A DNA stretch of 64,000 bases from a virus: positions 1-64,000 of the IMG/VR virus record IMGVR_UViG_3300044716_000844. One strand, written 5' to 3'. Made by a program: the position numbers and the translations under genes. Positions 1 to 10,550 of this stretch are shown here, one piece after another. How positions within the stretch are numbered: position 1 is the stretch's first letter; each line of letters opens with the position of its first letter. The notes under the pieces were generated by a model, which was not told the DNA's origin, did not search any database, and saw nothing but the letters and a program-made list of their open reading frames with translations.

Positions 1-2
1 AG

Positions 3-3000
3 GTGTTTAAGAAAAACGATCCTATCGGCCACTTCTTTACTGTTGACAGTTATCCAGTCGATGATACATCCACTACACTTCCATCAAATGCTATTCGCAC
101 AGAAAATATTCCTTCTTACACCGCAGCGGATGGAAATAAGTACTACTTAAGAGATGTTATTGATCTTCGTCCATACGCTTCAAACACTGCAGCGTATTCT
201 GAAACTGCATCAAGCGCCACATCTAACCCTAGCGCTACTGAAACGTTTGATAATCTCGAATTCCCGGCTCCAAGACAAAAGATCAATACTAAGTATTCTT
301 ATTACTTAAGCAGAAAAGATCTTCTTGTCATTGATCAGAATGGTGACTTTGAATTAGTAAAGGGTCGGCCAGCTGAGAACTCTTCATATCCGCCAGAGCC
401 AACAAAGGGCATGTTACTGGCGCGTTTAGATATTCCGCCGTTCCCAACTCTTGATACTAATAGCGCAAATAGAATTGGTAAACCTGAATATGGTATAACC
501 ATCTCGTCGAATCAAACCCGTCGCTATACCATGAAAGATATTGGTGATATTGATAAACGTATTTCGAATCTTGAATATTACACATCGCTGTCGCTTCTTG
601 AGAACAACGCAAAAGACTTCCTCGTTACTGACGCCTCTGGTGCTGATCGTTTTAAGAACGGTATCTTTGTAGATAATTTTAAGAATTTGATATTAGCTGA
701 TGTCAACGGGGGAGAGTTCGCCGCCGCTATTGACAGAACTCTCGATAATATAACTCCAAAGATTCGCCAGTATAATCTTAATCTAAAATATTCTACTGGA
801 ACAAATGTTACAAGATTTGGAACTAAAGCTGTAACGCTTAACAAGACTGATTACGTTCTCGAATCAGCTTCTCAGCCATATGGTACTGCGCTGAAAAACT
901 GCACAACCAGTTTCTATAACTATGTTGGTAAGATGCAAATCAACCCTGCATACGATACTGGACCTGACACCGTGCGTGCGCCAGCTGTTAATTTCGAAAC
1001 TGATTTAGCTACTCCATTCATTGAATTTACTCAAGCACTAAATCAATTTATACCTCTCACGACAACTCAGCGTACTCAGCTCACTAGAAGAGTTACTGAG
1101 ATCACCACAAGAGAACTTGAAGTTGGAGCAGGCGAAGCGACTACTGAAAATCTTGGCGATTTTGTTACTGATGTAAACTTCCTTCCTTATATGAGAAGCC
1201 GTGATATTCAGATCCGTGTTGTCAGCTTACGACCAAATACTCGATTCTACTTTTACTTTGATGGTGTTGACGTTAACAATAGTGTAGTAAACGGAGCTGA
1301 TGCTGATGCTGCCCAACTCGCAGCAGGTGTAGTTGTAGAACGCACACAAGCGTTTGACGGAAGTGCTAGAGTAATTCAATCTGATTCAGACGGTGTTCTA
1401 CGAGCAGTATTTAGACTTCCAGCAAATAGATTCTTTGTTGGTGACAGAAAGTTAGAGATCCTTGATGTTCCAGATATTGCTGATAAGGATGCTGCTACTT
1501 CCTATGCATCTACGAACTACAGCGCTTTCAACTTTGCCGTAACTAAGACGAGCTTGTCAACAACGACTATACCTCCTCAGTTTAGTATTGATACGACGGT
1601 CACCACAGAAACTCGTGCGAGAGGTTCTGATCCTCTTGCCCAAACCTTTATCATTGATCCAGATGCTTCGTCAGACACTAATGTCTATATTACTAAGCTC
1701 GATCTATACTTTGCAAAAAAGAGTAGAGCTGGTAAAGGTGTCGGTATTCAGATTCGTGAAGTACAAAATGGATTCCCAACAGGACCAGCTTTACCATTCG
1801 CATCTGTTTATCTGAATGCAAGCCAAGTAAATGCTCCGACCACCACTCCTGCTTCAAACGCGTTAACCGCAACTACGATAACATTTGAAGCGCCGGTTGC
1901 TCTGCGCACTGATATTGAATATGCGATTGTCATTGCGCCAGATGGTAACGATCCAGATTACTTAATGTGGATATCACGAACTGGTGAAAGAGACGTAGAC
2001 ACAAACGTTGCAGTTACTGCAGACTCAAATGCCGGTGTTCTATTTACTTCAACTAACGCTAGAACATGGACACCTTATCAAAATGAGAACTTAAAGTTTA
2101 CTCTTTATGCAGCAAGATTTAGTACTGCATCAGGCAGCGCTACATTAACAAATGATAATCATGAGTTCTTTACAATCTCTAATCTGACCGGTACATTTGC
2201 CGATGCAGAAGATGTGTTCATCCAGAAAGGTTCTTTCCTTACAGGTACGGTAACGCTTGTAGAAGGAAGCAGCATTGTATCTGGCACTGGTACAGCGTTT
2301 AGTACTGAGTACTTTGGTCGTAGCCATATTATTACGTTTAATGGTTCTACGTATCAAACGCTTAAGATTAAGACGATTAACAGTGATACACAAATTACGC
2401 TATTTGAGCCATCTCGTTACTCTGTTTCTGCTCTTGCTGCACACTACACATCACCAGTTGGAAAGCTTAGTTACTTCGATGCAAATGAACCTGCAAAAAT
2501 GATTCTCGAAGGATCTACTGCAGTGCCTTCAAACATTTTTGCCGCCGGAAATACTGTTCGTGGAGAAACCTCGGGCGCTACAGTCAGTGTGGTAAGTGTA
2601 GATGATTTAAATATTAGCTACATGCAGCCAATGATTAACAGAGCAAACTTCTCGAAGACTCGTACAACTCTTACTGCGAGTAAGTTGTACGATGGTGCTA
2701 CAACCGCATCACGTGACATATCCTTTAACGCTATTAACTACTTGACAAATGACTCGTATGTTATTCAAAGTAGAAGTAATAACACCGGTGTCGCCTCCTT
2801 TACTCTTACCGTAGATATGTTAAATACTTCTACTACAACAAGAGATACTTCTCCTCTCGTCAATCTAGATGCATCATCGGTTATGATTGGCGAATATATG
2901 GTGAACAACACTGCGACAGATAGTCTAGAAAGAATTGGCCTCGGTGATGCAGATTCTAAATATGTTTCAAGAATGATTCAACTCGCAGATGGTATGGACG

Positions 3001-3380
3001 CCGAAGATATTCGTGTTCTACTTGGTGCGTATAGACCAACTGGTACAGACATTCGTGTTTATGCAAAGTTCTTGTCTTCTACCGATTCGCGTAACTTTAA
3101 AGAAGTTGAATGGACGAGATTATACATCAAGCCTGAAACAGATTCAACTTCATCCTCTGTTAACCGCGAAGATTATCGTGAGTTTGAATATCAGCTTGGT
3201 ACTACTACACTTGGAAATGGTCTAGGCGCCTATCTGAATGGTGATACTATTAACTACAAAGATCCATCTGGCGCACTTTACACTAACTACAAATACTTTG
3301 CAGTTAAGATTGTACTTCTCGCGAACTCTTACAGCCTTGTACCTCGTCTGAAAGATCTCAGAGTATTGGCGTTGTCATAA
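3..3380 (+). CDS. Large virion structural protein, VrlC/DUF4815-like (5' truncated by the window)
   Basis: Frame is open from the window edge. Motifs RRYTMKDIGDIDKRISNLEYYTSLSLLE, DRFKNGIFVDNF, DPLAQTF and the terminal KYFAVKIVL...PRLKDLRVLAL are typical of this family in T4-like cyanophages/pelagiphages. Confidence 0.75.
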   Translation: MFKKNDPIGHFFTVDSYPVDDTSTTLPSNAIRTENIPSYTAADGNKYYLRDVIDLRPYASNTAAYSETASSATSNPSATETFDNLEFPAPRQKINTKYSYYLSRKDLLVIDQNGDFELVKGRPAENSSYPPEPTKGMLLARLDIPPFPTLDTNSANRIGKPEYGITISSNQTRRYTMKDIGDIDKRISNLEYYTSLSLLENNAKDFLVTDASGADRFKNGIFVDNFKNLILADVNGGEFAAAIDRTLDNITPKIRQYNLNLKYSTGTNVTRFGTKAVTLNKTDYVLESASQPYGTALKNCTTSFYNYVGKMQINPAYDTGPDTVRAPAVNFETDLATPFIEFTQALNQFIPLTTTQRTQLTRRVTEITTRELEVGAGEATTENLGDFVTDVNFLPYMRSRDIQIRVVSLRPNTRFYFYFDGVDVNNSVVNGADADAAQLAAGVVVERTQAFDGSARVIQSDSDGVLRAVFRLPANRFFVGDRKLEILDVPDIADKDAATSYASTNYSAFNFAVTKTSLSTTTIPPQFSIDTTVTTETRARGSDPLAQTFIIDPDASSDTNVYITKLDLYFAKKSRAGKGVGIQIREVQNGFPTGPALPFASVYLNASQVNAPTTTPASNALTATTITFEAPVALRTDIEYAIVIAPDGNDPDYLMWISRTGERDVDTNVAVTADSNAGVLFTSTNARTWTPYQNENLKFTLYAARFSTASGSATLTNDNHEFFTISNLTGTFADAEDVFIQKGSFLTGTVTLVEGSSIVSGTGTAFSTEYFGRSHIITFNGSTYQTLKIKTINSDTQITLFEPSRYSVSALAAHYTSPVGKLSYFDANEPAKMILEGSTAVPSNIFAAGNTVRGETSGATVSVVSVDDLNISYMQPMINRANFSKTRTTLTASKLYDGATTASRDISFNAINYLTNDSYVIQSRSNNTGVASFTLTVDMLNTSTTTRDTSPLVNLDASSVMIGEYMVNNTATDSLERIGLGDADSKYVSRMIQLADGMDAEDIRVLLGAYRPTGTDIRVYAKFLSSTDSRNFKEVEWTRLYIKPETDSTSSSVNREDYREFEYQLGTTTLGNGLGAYLNGDTINYKDPSGALYTNYKYFAVKIVLLANSYSLVPRLKDLRVLALS

Positions 3381-3595
3381 TGCAAGAACACATTCAAACT
3401 GAAGAAAAAGACTATTCTCGCGACATTACTACGAGAGCTCTAATAAATACAAATAGAAGAGCTCTCGCAGAGCACAAACGAAAGAAAGAAGATACATTGC
3501 GTCTGGATAAACTTGAGCGTAATGTGCAGGACATAATGGCGATGATGTTAGACATTCGTCAAGCAGTACTAGAATTAGGAGCGAGTAAGCAGTAA
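3380..3595 (+). CDS. Small hypothetical protein with coiled-coil C-terminus
   Basis: 71 aa; TAATG coupling to both neighbours; RDITTRALINTN resembles the small gene that follows VrlC-like genes in T4-like phages. Confidence 0.65.
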   Translation: MQEHIQTEEKDYSRDITTRALINTNRRALAEHKRKKEDTLRLDKLERNVQDIMAMMLDIRQAVLELGASKQ

Positions 3596-6500
3596 TGGCA
3601 AAGGCACACATCTATTTGGCTGCAGGCGCAAACGTTGAGGCAACGGACACTTTCGCCTCATGGATTGACACCACAAACGCTCTTGTGTTTGATATGGGTA
3701 CGGTCGTACTTACGTCAGTAAGTCAACCTCAGCCGAACGTAACAGTTGGTGGATACACTACTGGTAATGCTCATCTTCAGGGCATCCTTTCTGCAAATAC
3801 GTTAGTTGCTTCGAATAACTTACGAGGCGGATCTGTAAGTATTCCGGGTGATCTAACTGTCGTTTCGAATACAATCTTCTCTGAATCGCCACTCGTTCGT
3901 ATCTCGGCTAACACCGATAACTTTACTGTGAACTCGAACAATACTACATTCACAAGTAACGTTGCGATTAACTCGTCTAAGACTGTTCTCATCTCTGCAG
4001 CAAATACCACGATTAACGCTGGTCAGTTGTTTGTACGCACAAACTCAGAATTTACAGGAACTCGTGTAGATATCGATGGCACTACCTTTGATGTTACATC
4101 AAACACTATTTTCACGTCAGCAACATTTAACGCAAACGCTGATGTAATTACTCTTGGCTTCAATGGAAGCGATGCGCTTACGGTTAACGCTGTATCAGAC
4201 TTCAATGCTAACGTAAACATTGATGGCGTACTATTCACTGTAACATCTACTAATACTACGATCGGTGATTCCGGCACCGATAAGTTCAACGTAATTGCTG
4301 AATCAATCTTCTCTGCAAATGCGACCTTTAACGGCGCTCTTGTTAACATTACGAGTGCTAACACTACCATCGGTGATGCTCCTGCAGATAGATTGAATGT
4401 GAATGCTGTATCAGACTTCAATGCTAACGTAAACATTGACGGCATTCTAACTCAGACTGCTAACGCAATATTCTCTGGTGCTCTTGTCAATATTACTTCA
4501 GCTAATACTACGATTGGTGATGCACCTACCGACGTATTAAACGTGAACGCGACGTCAGACTTCAATGCTAACGTAAACATTGATGGTATCCTCACCCAGA
4601 CAGCGAATGCCATCTTTAGTGGTGCTCTTGTCAATATTACTTCAGCTAATACTACGATTGGTGATGCACCTACTGATGCACTCAACGTTAACGCGGTATC
4701 TGACTTTAATGCAAACGTGAATGTCGACGGTATCTTTACTGTGGCAAACTCTGCTACCGTTTCAAATACCCTTACTGTTAACGTTCAAGCAAATACTGCA
4801 TCTCTTATGGTCAGAGATCTTACTGCCACGAGAATCCCGTACGTTGGAGTTGCTGGAGAAATCGTCGATAGCGCGAACGTAACGTTCTCTGGAACTAACC
4901 TAAACATCATTGGTACTGCGAATGTCACCTCAAATGCGAACGTTGGCGGAACATTCGGTGTAACCGGGGCTGCTACTCTGGCTAGCACACTTGCTGTCAC
5001 TGGAGTCGCTACATTTAGTTCAAACGCAGTATTTTCTGATAATGACTATATCGTTGTTGGTACAGGTGCTGATCTACAAATCTATCATGATGGATCACAT
5101 AGCTATATCACTGATGCAGGAACTGGCAATCTTAAGATCGATGCTTCTCAATTAGACATTCAAACATCTAACTCAACTGCCACTGAGACAATGGCAACGT
5201 TTGTTCGCGATGGCGCAGTAACACTGTTCCACGATAACACTGCAAGATTAGCTACAAGCGGTACTGGTGTTTCGGTTACAGGTACGCTCGGAGTGTCGAC
5301 GAACGCGACTGTTTCAGGTACCCTTAACGTCGCGGGTGTTACCACTCTAGCAAACACTACAGTGGGCGCAGCACCGACAGATGTATTCAACGTAAATGCT
5401 GTATCAGATTTTAATGCGAACGTAAACGTTGATGGTATCCTTACAGTAGTAAACTCAGCTACTATTTCGAATACTCTTACTGTTAACACTCAGGCGAACA
5501 CTGCGTCACTTATGGTTCGCGACCTTACTGCTACAAGAATTCCTTATGTTGGAGTAGGCGGCGAGATTGTCGACAGCGCTAACGTCACTTTCTCTGGAAC
5601 TAATCTAAACGTTATCGGTACGGCTAACGTTACGTCGAATGCAAATGTCGGCGGAACATTTGGTGTCACTGGTGCTGCTACTCTTGCAAGTACGTTAAGT
5701 GTTACCGGTACAACTTCTACCACAGCAATCAATGCGAGTGGTTTAGTGGATGTCACGAATGCGACAGATGCGACTTCAACCACAGCCGCTGCGCTTAAAA
5801 CCGCAGGTGGCCTTGCAGTAGCGAAAAAGTTATATGTTGGCGGTATAGTTGAAGCTTCTGCTAACGTAAATATTACGGGAACCGGAAATCGTATTTCTGC
5901 TCCTGATGCTGCAATTACAAATAACATGACTGTTGGCGGTACGGCTACTATTAATAACCTCACTGTGACTGGTACAACAATACTTAACACCGGCGATGCT
6001 CAGCTATCTCTTAACAACGCGACAACAGCTCACTCTACAGTCACAGATGACCTAACTCTTACAAATGCTACTATTATTGGTAGTGTTGTACCTGACGTAA
6101 ACAACTCATATGATATCGGTACTGGTTCTCTCAATTGGAAAACTGTTTACGCGAATAACGTAGTAGCTAACGTTGCATGGTCAAGTATTACAGACAAACC
6201 GGATCCGGTTGTAACTGTCACACTAACCGGCGACGTCCAAGGTACTGCTAGCGCTACGCTCACAGATCTTTCTAGCAATACGATAAGCATTTCAACCACC
6301 ATTCAACCTAACTCAGTTGCTCTTGGCACTGATACTACCGGTAACTATGTCGGCACTCTTTCTGTGACAACTCCTGGTGTTGCTAACGGATCAAGCGGAC
6401 TTACCTTCACAGGTGTTGCTGGTGAAGGTACTATTGCTGCAATCGCTCACGCGAATACTTCAACAGTTACGAACCTATCAGTAGATAACTCTGCTGGTAA

Positions 6501-9054
6501 TGTGCTACAAGACATATCACTTACCTTTGACGCGTTTGGCCACGTAACCGGTCGTACTATTACGTCAACCGATCTAGATCTGAGATACCCACAAACATCA
6601 TTCACAAACATTGCAGTAGCTGGTCAAAGTACAGTTATCTCTGATAGTTTGACAGATACCCTTACTCTTGTTGGTGCTGGAATTACGACTATCACCACAA
6701 ATGCTACGACCGATACTATCACTATCACTGCGACTGAAGCTGATACTCTTGCTTCAGTAACATCAAGAGGCAATACGACTACAAATAGCATTACTGTGAA
6801 TGATATAAACGCTAATAACGCTGTTATCTCAGGTGGTCTTACAGTATCAGGTGGTCTTACAGTATCAGGCGATCTTACCGTATCAGGTACTACGACATAT
6901 ATTAATACTCAAACTCTAAATGTTGGAGATAATATTGTTACGCTTAATGCTGATGTAACCGGTGCTCCTAACCAAAATGCTGGCGTTGAAATCGAGCGGG
7001 GCGATGCGAATAACGCCGTAGTACTTTGGAATGAAAGTACTGATCGTTGGACGTTCACTAACAATGGCGTCAACTACTTCAATATTCCAGTATCAAGCGA
7101 ATACGATAACTATACTTCTTGGACTATTCAAGACGGTGGCGCTAACACATACACTATCACTTCTGGCGATACTCTGCAGATTGCATCTGGTACGTATATC
7201 ACATCTCTCTTAGCAGCAGACGACATACTTACCATTAGCCACAACAACACGACTCGGTCAGATACTACATCTACAGCTTCGTCAACCTATGCTGGTACTT
7301 TCACAGCGGTTGATGGTGTTACAACGAACGCGACAGGCCATATCACCGCAGTTAACGTTAAGACTGTAACTCTTCCAGCTGGTACAAGCCTTACTACAAC
7401 TGCAGGTACCACAGCAGGTCCAGTTATTAACTCTTCGACCGGTACTGGAGTTACTATTCCTTCTGCTTCGAATACTGCGTCTGGTATCATCACAACCGCC
7501 GCGCAAAATATCGCAGGAGCAAAAACTTTTGAATCAACCATTATTGGTTCGATCAATGGCAATGCGAACACAGCAACAGCGCTTCAAACACCAAGATTTA
7601 TTAACGCTGTAAGTTTCAATGGTACTGCAAACGTTGAGATTAATACACTTCGCACCACAAGTGGTGCGAATATTATTGACGGCACAGCACAATCTCTGCC
7701 TGTTAACCATCTACAAGTTCGAGCCGCGAATACTGCACAAGATGTTCTTATCACAACTGCCGGATCTGACACAAACGTTAACCTTAGTGTTCAGACAAAG
7801 GGTACTGGTTCAATTGCTCTTGATACCGGCGTCGGAGCTGGTAACATCGATATAAAACCTGGTACCGGTACACTTCGTGTTTGGGATAATACTGCCACGA
7901 ACTGGCATTCAGTTGTAGTCGGCGAACTTGCTGCAAACAGAACCATTACACTTCCAGATGGCAACGTAACACTTCAAACCGGTACAATGGCAATCACTGG
8001 TGGTACTCTAGCTCAGTTTGCAGCTACTACCTCATCTGCGCTTGCTGGTGTTATTTCAGATGAAACTGGTACTGGATCATTAGTATTCAGCGCGTCACCA
8101 ACATTTACTGGAACACCTCTAGCTCCAACTGCAGCTGTAGGCACGAACACTACTCAGATCGCTACAACTGCCTTTGTGAACGCAGAGATTGCTAATGATA
8201 TTGTAACTAAGGCTAATATCGCGTCACCGACATTTACTGGAACACCTCTAGCTCCAACCGCAGCAGTCGGGACAAATACCACACAGATTGCTACTACTGC
8301 CTTTGTGAACGCAGAGATTGCTGCTGACATTGTAGTTAAGGCTGATGTTGCTTCTCCAACCTTTACCGGTGTAGTAACTGCTCCAAGATTAAGCCTAACT
8401 TCTACGACTGAGGCAAACACTACTTCAACTGGCCACGCTTTGCAAATTGGCCTTTTCGATAATATTCATCTCGTTATGGATAATAATGAGATTCAAGCAC
8501 GTTTAGACGACACTGCATCAACACTTAACTTAAATGTTGATGGTGGAAATGTTACAATTGGAGCCTCGACTTCTAATATCGATCTAAGAGGAACTACTCA
8601 AGCTCTCGATATTATCCCATCTGTTAACAATACTTACGATCTTGGTTCGCCTTTATCGCGTTGGGCAGTTATGTATGGTACTGCTACATCTGCACGTTAC
8701 GCCGACCTTGCAGAAAAGTATCTTGCTGATGATGAATACCCAGTAGGTACAGTAATGAGCGTTGGTGGAGAAGCCGAAGTAACAGCAGCTACACCTGAAA
8801 CTGCTCATTCAGTCATCGGTGTTGTTTCGGAAAACCCAGCTTATCTTATGAACGATGGCTTAGAAGGCGGCACCGCAATTGCACTTAAGGGTAGAGTTCC
8901 AGTCAAGATTATTGGAACCGTGAAAAAGGGAGACAGATTGACTCCATCCTCTGAGAAAGGTTTTGCAGAAGTTAATAATTCATCTGCTGCATGGACCTTT
9001 GCAATCGCGCTAGCAGATAGCGACAACGGCTTGGTGGAAGCGATTATTTTATGA
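3595..9054 (+). CDS. Long tail-fibre/spike-like protein with C-terminal intramolecular chaperone (Peptidase_G2-like)
   Basis: 1819 aa, T/A/N/G/S-rich with internal repeats. The C-terminal YADLAEKY...GVVSENPAYLMN...IALKGRVPVK matches the autocleaving chaperone of trimeric fibres. Confidence 0.75.
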   Translation: MAKAHIYLAAGANVEATDTFASWIDTTNALVFDMGTVVLTSVSQPQPNVTVGGYTTGNAHLQGILSANTLVASNNLRGGSVSIPGDLTVVSNTIFSESPLVRISANTDNFTVNSNNTTFTSNVAINSSKTVLISAANTTINAGQLFVRTNSEFTGTRVDIDGTTFDVTSNTIFTSATFNANADVITLGFNGSDALTVNAVSDFNANVNIDGVLFTVTSTNTTIGDSGTDKFNVIAESIFSANATFNGALVNITSANTTIGDAPADRLNVNAVSDFNANVNIDGILTQTANAIFSGALVNITSANTTIGDAPTDVLNVNATSDFNANVNIDGILTQTANAIFSGALVNITSANTTIGDAPTDALNVNAVSDFNANVNVDGIFTVANSATVSNTLTVNVQANTASLMVRDLTATRIPYVGVAGEIVDSANVTFSGTNLNIIGTANVTSNANVGGTFGVTGAATLASTLAVTGVATFSSNAVFSDNDYIVVGTGADLQIYHDGSHSYITDAGTGNLKIDASQLDIQTSNSTATETMATFVRDGAVTLFHDNTARLATSGTGVSVTGTLGVSTNATVSGTLNVAGVTTLANTTVGAAPTDVFNVNAVSDFNANVNVDGILTVVNSATISNTLTVNTQANTASLMVRDLTATRIPYVGVGGEIVDSANVTFSGTNLNVIGTANVTSNANVGGTFGVTGAATLASTLSVTGTTSTTAINASGLVDVTNATDATSTTAAALKTAGGLAVAKKLYVGGIVEASANVNITGTGNRISAPDAAITNNMTVGGTATINNLTVTGTTILNTGDAQLSLNNATTAHSTVTDDLTLTNATIIGSVVPDVNNSYDIGTGSLNWKTVYANNVVANVAWSSITDKPDPVVTVTLTGDVQGTASATLTDLSSNTISISTTIQPNSVALGTDTTGNYVGTLSVTTPGVANGSSGLTFTGVAGEGTIAAIAHANTSTVTNLSVDNSAGNVLQDISLTFDAFGHVTGRTITSTDLDLRYPQTSFTNIAVAGQSTVISDSLTDTLTLVGAGITTITTNATTDTITITATEADTLASVTSRGNTTTNSITVNDINANNAVISGGLTVSGGLTVSGDLTVSGTTTYINTQTLNVGDNIVTLNADVTGAPNQNAGVEIERGDANNAVVLWNESTDRWTFTNNGVNYFNIPVSSEYDNYTSWTIQDGGANTYTITSGDTLQIASGTYITSLLAADDILTISHNNTTRSDTTSTASSTYAGTFTAVDGVTTNATGHITAVNVKTVTLPAGTSLTTTAGTTAGPVINSSTGTGVTIPSASNTASGIITTAAQNIAGAKTFESTIIGSINGNANTATALQTPRFINAVSFNGTANVEINTLRTTSGANIIDGTAQSLPVNHLQVRAANTAQDVLITTAGSDTNVNLSVQTKGTGSIALDTGVGAGNIDIKPGTGTLRVWDNTATNWHSVVVGELAANRTITLPDGNVTLQTGTMAITGGTLAQFAATTSSALAGVISDETGTGSLVFSASPTFTGTPLAPTAAVGTNTTQIATTAFVNAEIANDIVTKANIASPTFTGTPLAPTAAVGTNTTQIATTAFVNAEIAADIVVKADVASPTFTGVVTAPRLSLTSTTEANTTSTGHALQIGLFDNIHLVMDNNEIQARLDDTASTLNLNVDGGNVTIGASTSNIDLRGTTQALDIIPSVNNTYDLGSPLSRWAVMYGTATSARYADLAEKYLADDEYPVGTVMSVGGEAEVTAATPETAHSVIGVVSENPAYLMNDGLEGGTAIALKGRVPVKIIGTVKKGDRLTPSSEKGFAEVNNSSAAWTFAIALADSDNGLVEAIIL
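4140..4740 (+). repeat. Intragenic tandem repeats (~48 aa / 144 bp)
   Basis: TTIGD.P.D.LNVNAVSDFNANVNIDG recurs; an identical ~53-bp stretch begins at 4477 and at 4621. Confidence 0.85.
4684..5703 (+). repeat. Duplicated ~100-aa module in the fibre gene
   Basis: QANTASLMVRDLTATRIPYVGV.GEIVDSANVTFSGTNLN.IGTANVTSNANVGGTFGVTGAATLASTL occurs twice (~4684-4998 and ~5389-5703). Confidence 0.85.
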
Positions 9055-9551
9055 TAACAACTGATCAAGCGTATGGGTTCCTTTCCCATACGCTTCTATA
9101 TGAACAAAAGCTTGTAAAAGCTATTGATGCACAACACTTACAACATGATGTATTTAACTTCGGCGATCTTATTCGTCACAGAGCAAATGGCAGTTCAATC
9201 AAAGTTGAAGGTATGGAAAGATTCTCAACTGAGATCTTTAACCAAGGCCGATTATACGCCAAGTCTTACTTACATGACGGACCAGTCACGTGCCACATGT
9301 TCATTTCTCCTGCTGGATCACCATCCTTTCCAATGCATACCGACCCAGACCACGTCGTGATTCATTGCTGTGAAGGTATTAAGAGGATGCAGATAGTAGA
9401 TAGTACTATTGATATTCATCCTGGGTCGTACGTATATATACCATATAATACTCCGCACATAGCACTAAATGAATATGATGCTCTTACACTGAGTTTTGGA
9501 TTAGAGCGATTTTTGAAGGATAAGATGAATGAACTGGATGTTCTATCTTAA
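9051..9551 (+). CDS. JmjC/cupin-type Fe(II)/2OG oxygenase (ROXA/YcfD-like)
   Basis: FPMHTDPDHV (HxD), EGIKR and YIPYNTPHIA (distal His); ATGA overlap with the fibre gene stop. Confidence 0.7.
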   Translation: MITTDQAYGFLSHTLLYEQKLVKAIDAQHLQHDVFNFGDLIRHRANGSSIKVEGMERFSTEIFNQGRLYAKSYLHDGPVTCHMFISPAGSPSFPMHTDPDHVVIHCCEGIKRMQIVDSTIDIHPGSYVYIPYNTPHIALNEYDALTLSFGLERFLKDKMNELDVLS

Positions 9552-10548
9552 AACTACCGAAACATGTAATCTGAATTGCAGTCATTGTTTCACGAATGGT
9601 ATTAATGGTGCTAAGGTGTATTTTGATCCGGTCAAAGTATCTAACTGGATTCATGCATTCCATAAAGAAAAATTTAAACCAGATGATACTGCACACTATG
9701 AGTTCCATGGTGGCGAACCGTTTTTAGTACCAGTATCACAGATGAAATATGTCGTTGACTCTTGTAAGCATCTGTCACCGAATCAATCTTTTGGCGCAAC
9801 AACGAATCTTGTCTATAAGTTAAAACAAGAGCACATCGATTTTATCAAAAACGATCTTGGTGGTAGACTAGGTACGTCATGGGATCCTAAAATTAGATTC
9901 GCAAATTCTAAGCAATACAGGCTGTGGTACGATAACCTGAAAACTTTGCAGCGTGAAGGTATACATATCAAGCTGTTTATTAGTGTCACGAAACAGACGA
10001 TTGCTTACAAGCCTATCGTATTGCTGAGATGGATTCGCAGATTAGGTGTACAAGAAGTGTCATTCGAAAGGCTTACAAGCAACGGATCGGCAAAGCTATT
10101 TCCAGAGATATTTCCAACGAACATTGAACTCGACAACTGGTTCCTTGAGATGCACAATGATACAGTTAAATACGATGCTCGAGGCTGGTTCGACAACGAA
10201 AACCTAGAAAATGTATATGCAAAATTTGAAAACGGTTATAACTCATGCGGTACCTTTTGTCGTGATTGTGAAGAAAAGATTTTTACACTTAACGCAGACG
10301 GTACTATCTCAGGATGTCCAAATGCTGCACCCGAGTTTAACTTTGGATCGATAAACGATTCTATCACGAGTATTATAAATAGTCCAAGAAGGATTCTCAA
10401 TATCGTTGAAGAACGAAGTAGAAATCCTAAGTGCTATTCTTGTCCGGTGTTTAAATACTGTAACGGTGATTGTCACCAGCTTGAATGGCAAGGAGATGTT
10501 TGTGGAGCTCCGAAGAGTTTAATGAAGCTATTGGCTAAGGTAGGATAA
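9529..10548 (+). CDS. Radical SAM/SPASM protein
   Basis: CNLNCSHC; HGGEPF; C-terminal CGTFCRDC...GTISGC...CYSCPVFKYCNGDC...C. Confidence 0.92.
   Translation: MNWMFYLKTTETCNLNCSHCFTNGINGAKVYFDPVKVSNWIHAFHKEKFKPDDTAHYEFHGGEPFLVPVSQMKYVVDSCKHLSPNQSFGATTNLVYKLKQEHIDFIKNDLGGRLGTSWDPKIRFANSKQYRLWYDNLKTLQREGIHIKLFISVTKQTIAYKPIVLLRWIRRLGVQEVSFERLTSNGSAKLFPEIFPTNIELDNWFLEMHNDTVKYDARGWFDNENLENVYAKFENGYNSCGTFCRDCEEKIFTLNADGTISGCPNAAPEFNFGSINDSITSIINSPRRILNIVEERSRNPKCYSCPVFKYCNGDCHQLEWQGDVCGAPKSLMKLLAKVG
10374..10381 (+). promoter_or_regulatory. Possible T4-type late promoter inside the rSAM gene, ~170 bp upstream of the Cys-His tail protein
   Basis: Exact TATAAATA, but intragenic in AT-rich DNA, so it could be chance. 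Confidence 0.4.
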
Positions 10549-10550
10549 GT

